64,000 nt of DNA from Fistulifera solaris (Eukaryota). The stretch lies in NCBI GenBank assembly GCA_030295235.1, contig AP026134.1, positions 372,001 through 436,000 of the forward strand. Direction: 5' to 3'. The translations under genes were made by a program, and so were the position numbers. Numbering within the stretch: position 1 is the stretch's first letter; each line of letters opens with the position of its first letter. This document shows positions 47,073 through 58,000 of the stretch, piece after piece. The notes beneath the pieces were generated by a model that saw only the letters and a list, made by a program, of their open reading frames with translations, was not told the DNA's origin and did no database searches.

Positions 47073-48380
47073 TCACTTTTGTCTGACTTCCAAGAAAGTT
47101 CTCAATTTCGTCATAGCGACAGCCAGCTCCTCCAAGCTCGTGGCGTAGCTGATGCGGATCGTCCCTGGAGCACCGAAACTGCTGCCTGGTACCAAGGCTA
47201 ACTTCTGCTCTTGCAAAAGATCCAGACATAGTTGCGTATCATCATCACCATAATACGAGAAATCCGGAAGCACGTAGAAGGCACCTTGCGGGGGCACCGC
47301 CACTTTGACACCAGGCATTGTACTTAATTCTGCCAACACGTAATCGCGTTTCTGTTTCAGCAGCTGAACATTACTTTCTATTTCTTCATCGGATACTTTT
47401 TCGAGGGCAGCGACACCACCCGCTTGTGACAGACTGCTTGCACACGATGTCAATTGCGATTGAATGGTGGTAATAGCGCGTGCAATGGGAGCGGGTGCCG
47501 CCACATATCCCAGTCGTAGTCCGGTCATGGCGTGCGCTTTACTGAAACCGTTGACGGTCATGGTTCGGGAAAACATACCCGGCATGGATGCCACCGAAGG
47601 ACACTCGTCAATGTCGTACACAAGTCGCTCATAAATCTCATCCGCCAATACCTTCACTTGAGGATAGTCTTGTAACACATCGCATAATTCGGCAAGTTGC
47701 TCTTTGGAATAAACGCCACCTGTTGGGTTGGAAGGGTTGCAGAGAATGATGAGTTTCGTGGTCGGGTTTTCGTTCAACGCTTTTCGAAGTTGCTCAGCGG
47801 TCATCAAATATCCCGTCTCAGCCTTGGTCTCCACAATGACCGACGTGGATCCAGCCAGGCTGACCATTTCGGGATAACTCGGCCAATACGGCGCTGGAAT
47901 GATGACCGAATCACCGACACCACTCGTCGCCAAGAGTGCTTGATACACACTCTGCTTGGCACCATTCCCCACCACAATTTCGTTCGCTGGATTATACTTG
48001 ACCCCTTTTCGACGTTGCAAATCGGCTGCAATGGCTTTGCGCAGCGCCAAAGTCCCCGTCACGGCCGTGTAGCGCGTGTCACCCGCTTTCACCGCCTCGG
48101 CCAAGGCATCGAGTACAGCGGGAGCCGGCAGAAAATCAGGCTCTCCGACACACAAACTCGTCACTTGAATACCGTTGGCTTCCATATCCTTTACTTGAGA
48201 AAATATTTCAACAGTCTTGCTAGGTTGTATGGAATCAATGAGTGGATTTAAATAAGGTTTGTTGTCGACGGAAGTGGCCTCTCGGAGTTGGCTGAACGAT
48301 CGGATAGGACGAAGACTGGGAAACCATGCATCTAGGAATCCTGTGTTCGATAGAATGAGGATTGCTGCTCTTAATTTCAT
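47073..48380 (-). CDS. Class I/II aminotransferase (aspartate/prephenate aminotransferase-like), probable plastid presequence
   Basis: GEPDF, GAKQ, PYWPSY, NPSNPTG, DEIY, GFSKAHAMTGLRLGY (PLP lysine); signal peptide ending LDA-W; intact ORF. Confidence 0.9.
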   Translation of the reverse strand: MKLRAAILILSNTGFLDAWFPSLRPIRSFSQLREATSVDNKPYLNPLIDSIQPSKTVEIFSQVKDMEANGIQVTSLCVGEPDFLPAPAVLDALAEAVKAGDTRYTAVTGTLALRKAIAADLQRRKGVKYNPANEIVVGNGAKQSVYQALLATSGVGDSVIIPAPYWPSYPEMVSLAGSTSVIVETKAETGYLMTAEQLRKALNENPTTKLIILCNPSNPTGGVYSKEQLAELCDVLQDYPQVKVLADEIYERLVYDIDECPSVASMPGMFSRTMTVNGFSKAHAMTGLRLGYVAAPAPIARAITTIQSQLTSCASSLSQAGGVAALEKVSDEEIESNVQLLKQKRDYVLAELSTMPGVKVAVPPQGAFYVLPDFSYYGDDDTQLCLDLLQEQKLALVPGSSFGAPGTIRISYATSLEELAVAMTKLRTFLEVRQK

Positions 48381-48758
48381 TTTTTAATTGATTCTCTGGA
48401 AATAAGTTTTGCTTTTTTTATTACAACGGAACAACTGGTCGATCGGATCGTCCGATTAAATAATTGTGAACTGTGACGCTCGCACGTAATTGCGCGAAGA
48501 AATTGCGTCCAGACAAACAGTGACGTACAAAGAACAGACGCCTGAAAGTCACGTCTGGAGGGAAGCTCGCACCGGTAATACCTCTTCGTTTCTCGTCCGT
48601 CGCGGATCTCTATTTGCGGCGCACTTTTTGGCTGTTGCGTTTCTTCCTCGTCGGCAAAAACGCCTCTCAAAGTAATCGAGCACCATGCTGCACTCCCCAA
48701 AAACTCATTTCTTCTCTTCTCTTGTTTCGCTCTACTTTCATCACAACTGACACACGCC

Positions 48759-49751
48759 ATGAGCGGGCCCTATACTACAGCATCGAGTGCCCGTGCGGCT
48801 GGATTATTTTACGAAACACCCCTCCTACGCTCGGTCCCACTCTCGTCGTTGTGCGGACGTGATGTGTATCTCAAAATGGATGGATTACAAGCGTCCGGGA
48901 GCTTCAAAGATCGGGGAATGGCGCACCTGTGTCTTGAACTCAAAGAGACGGGGGTACAGCGTTTGGTGAGCAGTTCTGGGGGAAATGCTGGATTGGCGGT
49001 CGCGACGGTGGGTGCGCGCCTCGGCATTCCGGTGGATGTGATCGTTCCGCAGACCACCAAACCAATGGTCATTGCCAAATTGCAATCGCTGGGTGCGTCA
49101 GTGACAGTGCATGGAGAAAACTGGAATGCCGCGGATGAATATACACGTGAAAAAGTGACCCAGAGTACGGAAAAGACTGCTTACATTAGTCCGTACGATA
49201 ATCCGTTGTTGTGGACGGGGCATTCGACGTTAGTCGACGAAATTTGTGAACAATTACATAATGTGGAACCTGCTGCTTTAATTGTTAGTGTGGGAGGAGG
49301 TGGCTTGCTCTGTGGTGCTTTGGAAGGCATCCAAAGAAATGGTTGGAAATCGACCACCGTCGTCGCTGCCGAAACAGAAGGAGCGGCCAGTTTTGGAAAA
49401 GCCTGGACGGAAGGCATCGAGCGACTTTCATCGATCGATAGTATTGCCACATCTTTAGGTGCCTTACAAGTAACGCCCGTGGCTTTGCAGCGCTCCAAAG
49501 ACCACGGATCGGTGACATCCATACGATGCACCGACGCCGAAGCAGTAGACGCTTGCTGGAACATGGCACAAGATCATCGTATTCTGGTAGAACCGGCGTG
49601 TGGTGCGGCTCTGGCGACATTGTATTCGGAACGACTGCGGAATTCATGGCTCGCCAACCTACCAGAGGGTCCCATTGTCGTAGAAGTGTGTGGTGGCAGT
49701 GGAGTCAACATGGACTTGTTGACTCAATGGAAGACTGAATTCTTACAGTAA
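48759..49751 (+). CDS. L-serine/threonine dehydratase (PLP fold type II, SDS-like)
   Basis: ETPL, YLKMD.LQ.SGSFKDRG, SSGGNAGLA, SVGGGGL, SIATSLGA, LVEPACGA, VCGGS; intact single-exon ORF. Confidence 0.9.
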   Translation: MSGPYTTASSARAAGLFYETPLLRSVPLSSLCGRDVYLKMDGLQASGSFKDRGMAHLCLELKETGVQRLVSSSGGNAGLAVATVGARLGIPVDVIVPQTTKPMVIAKLQSLGASVTVHGENWNAADEYTREKVTQSTEKTAYISPYDNPLLWTGHSTLVDEICEQLHNVEPAALIVSVGGGGLLCGALEGIQRNGWKSTTVVAAETEGAASFGKAWTEGIERLSSIDSIATSLGALQVTPVALQRSKDHGSVTSIRCTDAEAVDACWNMAQDHRILVEPACGAALATLYSERLRNSWLANLPEGPIVVEVCGGSGVNMDLLTQWKTEFLQ

Positions 49752-50301
49752 CCAGAATGTGTAGAAAAGTGAAGTACACTTAGAGACTTTAGCTGAATGT
49801 GAAGCGAGTGCTCTGGGTCATGGCAATTTGCAATCATTGCGCTTAGAACTACTGCGTAATAAATTATAAACCTCACAATACGTGTGAAGTTTTCACATCA
49901 CATTATATAGTCCCTACCCGGGTGAGATAAAAAATGGACACCGAATGCTTTTAATACAATACAAACATCCACAACGACAACGTCGATGAAGACTTTGATT
50001 TCTCTAAGAGGCTGTTTTTCGGAATCGATTTTTCCGGGACTCCATTTTAGTCGAGTCACAACACGTCACGCGGACACTTCAAACGATAGTGAACACTGAC
50101 ACTGTAAAAGGAAAAGTAGCTGACAAGACCAGCACTCGGAACTCCAATACCAAGTAAACTCCAAACAAGGCGAGAAGACGAGGCGAGATGCGAGATTCAT
50201 TACAACGAGAGCCATTGCCATTCTTTACACAAAAGTCGACCAATTTGGAATAATACCTTCTTTCCAAGCTTCGTTTCCTTATCTATGCTTTCACATTATC
50301 C

Positions 50302-53300
50302 ATGACTATCGTTCCAGAACAATCCCCTGCGGAGGACTCATACGAGAATTCTTCCCCCAATGATCAAGGACCTCGCGACGACGTTTCGCGCATGTCCGAT
50401 GTATCGACGACCAGTCGCGCTTCCGTCATTTCCCGTCTATCACATGACATTGCGTGTGTTTTATCTCAGTCTTTGTGTCTATTGAAAGGAGAAAGTCCGA
50501 TCATCGAAGAGAATGACGAGAGTGAAATCCCGCTGCAAGTGATCGGTTCCTTCGGCGGTCTCGACGAAAGTCCTTTGACCGACAATGACGCTCTGAGTCC
50601 TCGGAGTGATAATGATGATGCAGCATATCACAAACGCGACAAAGGGACGAATGAAAATGCTGCAGACGGCGTCAATTTTCTAAAGGATCCGCTGAACGAA
50701 ATGACATGGGGTCGACGTCTTGCTTTATTTTGTATGAAACGATATCCTTGGTACAATCCGCGTTTGCGTCCGCAAAAGAAGAACCCACCGATGAATCCCC
50801 ACTCTTTGACAATCTCCCACGAGAAACATTTCATGCGTATCCCTTTGATATCAGTCGGCGCGAGAATCCGAGCTTGGAGAAAGCGTGGGCGTACTTTGAA
50901 CATGTGACGCTTTCTCGCTACGTTGTGCCTCCCGAAGATCAAAAAAAGACGAAAAAGGGTCTCCTCGTACGCATCTTTCGACGACTGTTTCGAAAGGGCG
51001 GACAACAGCTTCGACGAGCCGAGCCGGGTGAAAAGACTTTCCCACTCGTTTGTACAAACCCATATTTACGCCCCATGCGCAGCTGGGAGACTTTGGTTTG
51101 GGCTTGGGCATGTACTTCTCGACACTTCGAGCACTAACGGTGATGACACTCATCGCTGGACTACTGAATCTGCCCAATATCTTTTATTTCGTGAGTGATG
51201 ACTACAATGTAGCAACGAGTCAGAAAGAAAATGTCAATTCTTGGTTTGTCCAAGGATCGGCTATCTGTGTCGATACCACATGAGTACCTTGCCCCGACTG
51301 CAACGGGACGCTTTCGGGTTCTCGGGTCGTGCGAGCTACGAATGGAACCGATGAAATGACTTTTGCTCTGAAAAACAACTGCGATGGTGCCATCGAACAA
51401 GTGGCCTTTATCAACTTGGCAACCTTGGCTCTAATCTTCTTCGGAACAATTGGTCTCAATCTGTATTTGCGACGTATGGAGATTATATACGATGAGGATG
51501 AACAGACAGCGCAAGATTATTCTATTGTTGTTCAGAACCCTCCAGGCGATGCCACCAGTCCCGAAGAGTGGTTCAAGTTCTTTCACGAAAGTTTCGATGG
51601 GGCACACATGACTGCCTGCACTATCGCTGTTGATAACGACTTGCTGGTTCGATCGCTGGTTGAACGAAGAGAGCTTCTTCGTAAAATCGAGATGATGGTC
51701 GATCCTGGAACATCGCTGGATACACTCACACTGGCCCGAATCGCAGCGAAAGAGGCAAGAAAGCGTCGCTGGTGGGCTCGCTGGAAGGCTTTGCTCGTCA
51801 AGGGGATCCCTGAATTATTTGGAAGAGTGGTTGTACTGAATGCGCTGGTGCAAGGCTTGGCTCAACAAGAATACCCCGCAACCAAGGTCTTTTGCACTTT
51901 TGAGACAGAAGACGATCAGCGGAAAGTTCTAGCAGCTTTGAGTTACGGGGACTGGCAAGTCTCACGGCAGAACAAAGCTGTTGCAAGAGACCCCCGCCAT
52001 CTATTTCGCGGTGAGCACCTTCTATCTGTACGCGAAGCAGAAGAACCGAACACGATCCGATGGCAAGACTTGAACGAGAAGCTTCGAACAATGTTGAAAC
52101 AGCAAGCTCTCACAATTTTTGCGACGATATGTGCAATTCTTGCCATCGCGTTCATCATTCGCGTCACAAATGACTCGAGCGTTGTTTTTGCGGCAATCGC
52201 TATCTCGGTATTCAACAGTGTCTTCCCTGTTTTCGCGAAACTACTAACAGGCCTTGAAGCCCATTCCTCGGAAGGTGGTAAGCAGCGCAGTCTCTACTTC
52301 AAAATTGCCTTATTTCGTTGGGTGAATACTGCTATTGTTATTACAATCATTACGCCATTTACCGATACTGTTGCAAGCGGAGGATTGATTGATCAGATCT
52401 ACGCTTTATTCTTTGCCGAAATTGTCACGACCAACGCCATTCAGCTGGCAGATCCCATCGGACATATACAGAGGCACTTCTTTGCCCCTCGCGCGGCAAC
52501 GCAAGACGCAATGAATATCAATATGCAGGGTCAAGTGTTCGAACTTGCTGAGCGGTATACGAACATGACAAAGATATTGTTCTTGGCATTGTGGTACTCG
52601 GCAATTTATCCCGCCGCCCTTTTCCTCTGCTCATTCTCCCTTTTGGTCAACTACTTTACTGATCGATTTAGTTTGATGCGAACGTGGAGGCGCCCGCCTC
52701 ACCTTGGAACGAATATCTCACAGTTCAGTCGGCGATATTTCTTTTCGCTGGCTTTGGTTGCTATGGCTCTCTTGTCGTCTTACTACTGGTCGGCATTCCC
52801 ATTCGACAACTTGTGTATCGATGCAACAATCGCCAATAATCAATACGCTGGTCAGTGGAGTTTTATCCAAGGCGACGGAACATCGAACGGAACCCAAATC
52901 GTTCAGTTAGATGATCCTCTGTACAAGTACTGTCTGCAGGATTTCTTCCGATACCCTAAGGAAGAGTTGTCGTTTCCCTTCATTTCCCAAATGCAACCGG
53001 AGGATAGCACATGGATGACTGAAGAACAAGAACTGATCGCTGATATCTTCGGCTGGACATCGGTTGGTGTATTAGGTTTGATCTTTTTCTCTTTCGTATG
53101 GGGATGGCTGAAAGCCATCGTACATTACTTTCAAGGAGCTTACATTCCAGTAGGTGAGAGCCAGAACATTCCGTTCAGTGAAGTTCCTTCCATCAGCTCG
53201 TATATACCACAAGTGGAATCATCGGTCTTTTCCTATCCATTGCTGGCCTGCAATGTCGATGGTATCGATCACAAGTTGCTCGAGTGGACCGATCCAGACC

Positions 53301-53422
53301 GCCCTGACTACAAGTTCTATGACTTGACCAAAGACGCAGAAGCTTTGTTGAGGGGTACGGTAATCTCTTCCAAAGTGGTTTTCTCGCATGTGGGCTACTT
53401 TCCGCCTTCAAAAGCCGATTAG
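50302..53422 (+). CDS. OSCA/TMEM63(CSC1)-like multi-pass channel
   Basis: G.GLGMYFSTL, DEQTAQDYSIVV.NPP, AEEPNTIRWQDL, FELAERYT, YFTDRFSLMR; frameshifts ~50775 and ~51032; in-frame TGA at 51281. Confidence 0.75.
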
Positions 53423-54177
53423 AGAGACAGATCTGTCGAACGTTTGCTTTGGACCGATTTCATCACTCGTCATTGTAGAACATGGCTCTCGAAATGGACT
53501 TTCTCCGCGTAACGAACTAGTTTTGCATTTGCCTCATAGCCTCTCTTCTTGCTCTTTGACCTAGGTTGAATTATCATAGGCAGTGTTTCTTGTTTCATTG
53601 AACTTTTCACAACGAAAAAGTGCGACCGCAGTCAATCTTATCCCTTTTGTCTTGTCCTTCGTGGTTTGCTTTAGGAATGTCGCACTGATCCATGTGTGGT
53701 AGCACTCTCTTGCCCTACACAAGGGAACATTCTCTGCCAAGTTCCAAGACGGGCAATAGTTTCTAAGGTTTTTTTAAGTACAATTTTACTATTCAATGAC
53801 TCCCGTTTCTGAAGCTTGCAACTTCATTGGGACTGTTCCGGTACTTGGCGACAGTCTTCAGTCATCCCTGCACAGGGAGGTCATCGTCCTCGTTCGGTGT
53901 TCGGTCGCGACGCGAGCTGCGGGCGGTTCACAACTTGGGTCTTGGGACTTGGGACGTTTTCTACTTCTCTACCTCGATTCGCAACATCGTGTGCGCAGGA
54001 AAAGGACTGCGAAGCATTTCTATTATTCAGCTGAACAACCAGCAACAACATATTTCCTTGAATTCCATCTGAATTGCCTGTTGCTCTGTTTTCTGTTTCT
54101 GGTCCCCTTAGTTCCGGTTTCCCCTGCGAAGAGTTGCTTCATTTGTGTCACAAATACTTTTTATCCCCGGCGACAGA

Positions 54178-54897
54178 ATGGCCGTTGTAGAAGAGTCATC
54201 GTCATATAAAGCCGAACTGGCAGATCACAGCACCAGTTCACATTGTTCATCATCGTCCATTGTAAAAGAAACAAGAAATCTGGCGCTCGATGATACACTG
54301 ACGACAAAAATAAATCCAACGGGTGCCAAGAAGTTAACGGCGGCGTTCCCCAAAGTCGAGAACGAGCCAGAGGATGAAGACGACGAAGACTTTGACGAAT
54401 CCAATCACAACTTTCTTTACAATCAGCTACTGAATCCAGCGAAAGCGGGTCACCCTCATGCGCCTCCGCAGTGCATGCGCGGTGCGTTGGAACGCAAATC
54501 GTCCTCTCGTTCCTTGCACGACCTCAGTGGGCGGTCCCTGGATTTTGATGACGATAAAAGCTGGCATACTCTTTCCTCCGTGCACAGCCGGACCGATTTA
54601 GAAGACGAAAAATCCTGGCAAAAGCTCGATTCCGTACACAGTCGCTCCAGTGTGGCCCGAAGTGCCTGCTTTGATCATTCGGGTGAACTCGATGATAGTA
54701 ACTCATCGAATGACTCAGAGACAAGTTTTGCCAGCTTTGACAGTGAGGGCGAAGAAGCGGAGCTGTCAGCTCAGAAAGCCGCTTTCACCAATTTGTCGGA
54801 CGAATCGACTCCCCGTACGGTCCTCTTTAACACGCAACGGATGCGCAATACGGGCACTTCTCTTTCGTTTATTGATGAAAAGAGCTCTTTGGAGTAG
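54178..54897 (+). CDS. Ser/Asp-rich, probably disordered hypothetical protein
   Basis: 240-codon ORF from ATG 54178; internal repeat DDDKSWHTLSSVHSR / EDEKSWQKLDSVHSR. Confidence 0.6.
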   Translation: MAVVEESSSYKAELADHSTSSHCSSSSIVKETRNLALDDTLTTKINPTGAKKLTAAFPKVENEPEDEDDEDFDESNHNFLYNQLLNPAKAGHPHAPPQCMRGALERKSSSRSLHDLSGRSLDFDDDKSWHTLSSVHSRTDLEDEKSWQKLDSVHSRSSVARSACFDHSGELDDSNSSNDSETSFASFDSEGEEAELSAQKAAFTNLSDESTPRTVLFNTQRMRNTGTSLSFIDEKSSLE

Positions 54898-55023
54898 AAG
54901 CGAATGTTGCAATGGTCTTGTTCTCCACCTAGATGGGTCGTTCCGCTATGGTCTATCTACGGTTTAGAGTACACATTTTAACAAGACTTTTAACGCTAGA
55001 ACATCATTAGCATCATTTTGGCA

Positions 55024-58000
55024 TTAATCAATCCCGTGGCGGCGCTTCGCAGAACGGCCTTCTGCTCGACGACGTTCATCAACTTTGCGTTTTCGTCGTT
55101 CCTTCTCTCGTTCGTGCTTCTTGATCCGTTGTTCCGCTGCTTTTGCTGGATCGAGAACGTATTCTGCCTTGGTCTTCTCTTTGCGTTTCGCAGCCTTCTC
55201 AATAGCCCTCGACTGAACCGTGTTCATCACGGATACAAAGGCGGCCGATGGTATCTTTTCTTCGAAAAGTTCCCACACTTCTTGTGCCAGCTGCGCGTCA
55301 GGTCGCGGCTCATTGGAAGCCGTGGATGTAGTAAAGGATCCCACTGGTAGTTCGCTATTCCTGTATTCCATCATCGACCGATTTAGTGGCGTAAGGACTA
55401 ATTCCAGCAAATACGGATTGCTAGTGAAAACCGCATCCGCCGATGCAAACGAACCAAAACATTTGTACACCGCTTGTCGTCTCTTGGTTCCCGGTAGTTT
55501 AGCAATGTTGGAAAGGCGGGTAAGAAGCCAGGTGGCGGGGTGGCGCTTGGGCGCCCTGTTCTTGTCATCTTCCTTCTCGTCAGTCGAATCTTCGTCAGAG
55601 AGAGCCATGACTTTATCAGAATAGCTAATGTTGGGAAAACTATTCATGGCTTGTAAGCACCAAGTCAAGCAGTTCACCGTACAAGTCACGAGCTCATCGT
55701 TTTGCTCTTCTTCGGGAGCGCCGAGGTGAAAGCACAGATTGCGAACCAACTGAAAAAGCGCACCGGGCCACTCTAATAGAAACGAAGTCACCCCACTGTC
55801 TGCAAATGATGTTGGAGAAAGCGTTTGTAGGTGCCCGTAGATGATCCTCGAACTAGCTATTTTAATCCAGGCATTTTTCTCCGTGCCTAGATTTTGAACC
55901 AAAGTTTTCCATACCGCTGTTGCTTTCGCGGCAGTATTCGGGACAGTCGTGAATAATTTTTCAATTGCAAGTATTGCGAAGTATCTCGGCTGCCAATCGT
56001 TGGTGGACGATACTATGTCGTGCATATGATCCACAAAGCGGCTGGCTTGATCGTCCTTTTTGAGCAAGAAGCCATCTTGGTAATCCATGAATATGATGAA
56101 CATTTTTGCAGCCAATAGCTGTAATTGATCTGAGCTATGTGACCAGCGCAGCACATAGGTAAACAACTTTTGGACGATTTCCGGTGTCACCCGTTGCAAA
56201 AGGCGAGAGACGCACTTTGTCAGCAGCTGCCGGCATTCTTTGTTTTCCTCGTTACCCAACTGAAGTGCTAAGGGTAAAAATATAGTTTCAACGTGTCTTT
56301 CAATAACTGCGGAAGGAAATGCCTCGATAACGAGCGATAGCAGGCGGCATCCAGATAGACGCCCATCGGAATACTCGTACTGAAGGTTGAGTAATATCTG
56401 CTGCAAGTGCTGCTCGACTCGCTCATCTGAAAGAGGGTAGTTGATGAGAAAGGAGACCACCGCAGATGCGCTCTGTTCGCGTAAGGATACTTTATTGCTT
56501 CTGACGGTAAGTTCGAGTAAAGTCTCGGCCAGGTCATATATCTCGGGTGCAATATATCGACGGGACAGGATGGTCTTCACTAACCCCATAGCAGGGGTGT
56601 GCTGCTCGGAATCAGCCAATGACGCCTTCAAAAGGAAATAAGAACCTCCATTTGACTTGCGTTTAATGGAAGATCGGGGCTGTGACTCAAGTCTTCGCTT
56701 TTGCCTGGTTCCTTATCAGGAACAAACGACGATGACCTACCGGAAAATTTCTTCTTGTGAGTTAACAAATACGTAAGCATTTTGAAGCTTGATTGTAAAA
56801 GGTCAGGATCGACGCTTGAAGACGGGCCTGCTGAAGTGAGCAGTTCAAGTGTCTTTGATGCTAATGCTCTTGAGCAATTCTGCAGGGAAGGCAAGTCAAC
56901 GTCCAGCAGCAAACCCAAACACTTCAACGATAATAAGACAATATCAGAGTCTCTACTTCGGCAGTAACAGTAACTCAGCCAGCCAACAAAAGGATCCAGT
57001 ATTTCCCCAGAAATGGCAAAACTTTTTCTTTTTTTCAACGTTGAATGAAGAATACGTAGCCCAAAGCCCACAGCGTGTGTATTCGCTTTGTGGTCATCGA
57101 AGGTGGTGCTTTGAAGGTGATTCACGTGTCTGTCGCTGCCGGTTAATTTAGGTGCATTGTATCCATCTTGAACGTGCTGATCTTCGCGCAACCGACTCGC
57201 CTTAGCCTCCTTCGCCTCGCCAGCAGATTTTGCTGTTCCTATGCTAGTTGGATTCCATTCGACCACCATTCCTCCTTTCAAGCTGGCGTCGTTCTCCTCA
57301 CTTTGATCGAAGTCAATATAAGTGTCCTTCACGACATCTCCGGCGCAACGACCTTCCAAAAAAGGCTGTAGAGTAGCGTAAACGAAAGGTAAAACCGACT
57401 TAGGAACAACGGATGGGTTCTTATTAAGACCAATCACAATTCGTGAAAGACATTCTTTGGCCCTTTTGACGTCGTTGTTGCTCGAATTGCGAACGCGAAG
57501 TTTTTCTAAAAACGGGGTAACCAGAGCGTGAATCGATGAAATCTCTTCTAGAGAAGATGATGTCGGGTCGAAAGTAATCATCGACGCAATCAACTCTATA
57601 GAATGATAGCTTTTCGAGCCAACGGCCTCTTGAACATAAGACACGGCATTGTCTGCATCCTTTCTTTCTTGAGCAACACCAAAGAGATCTTGTTGGATTA
57701 AATCCATCAACGCGATAACTGACGAGTCAAAATGTGGTCGATCTTGTCCAACAATAATTTCTGTTGGGACGTACACGGAAGATAATTTAAGGATTACGGA
57801 ATGCAACGCAGCCGCTCGAACATGCAGCCTGTAGCCCTCTTTCAAAGCAAGGGCCAATTCCCGAGTAATGTCGGCGAGATATTTCATGCCAATCTCGGCG
57901 GCCACCTTTGCAAGCGTTTCTCTCCCTAAATCTCTTATTTTGATGTCTCTCCCTTTCAAGGCATCACAGACAACGGTCAGCAGCCTGGGCAACCTCGACT

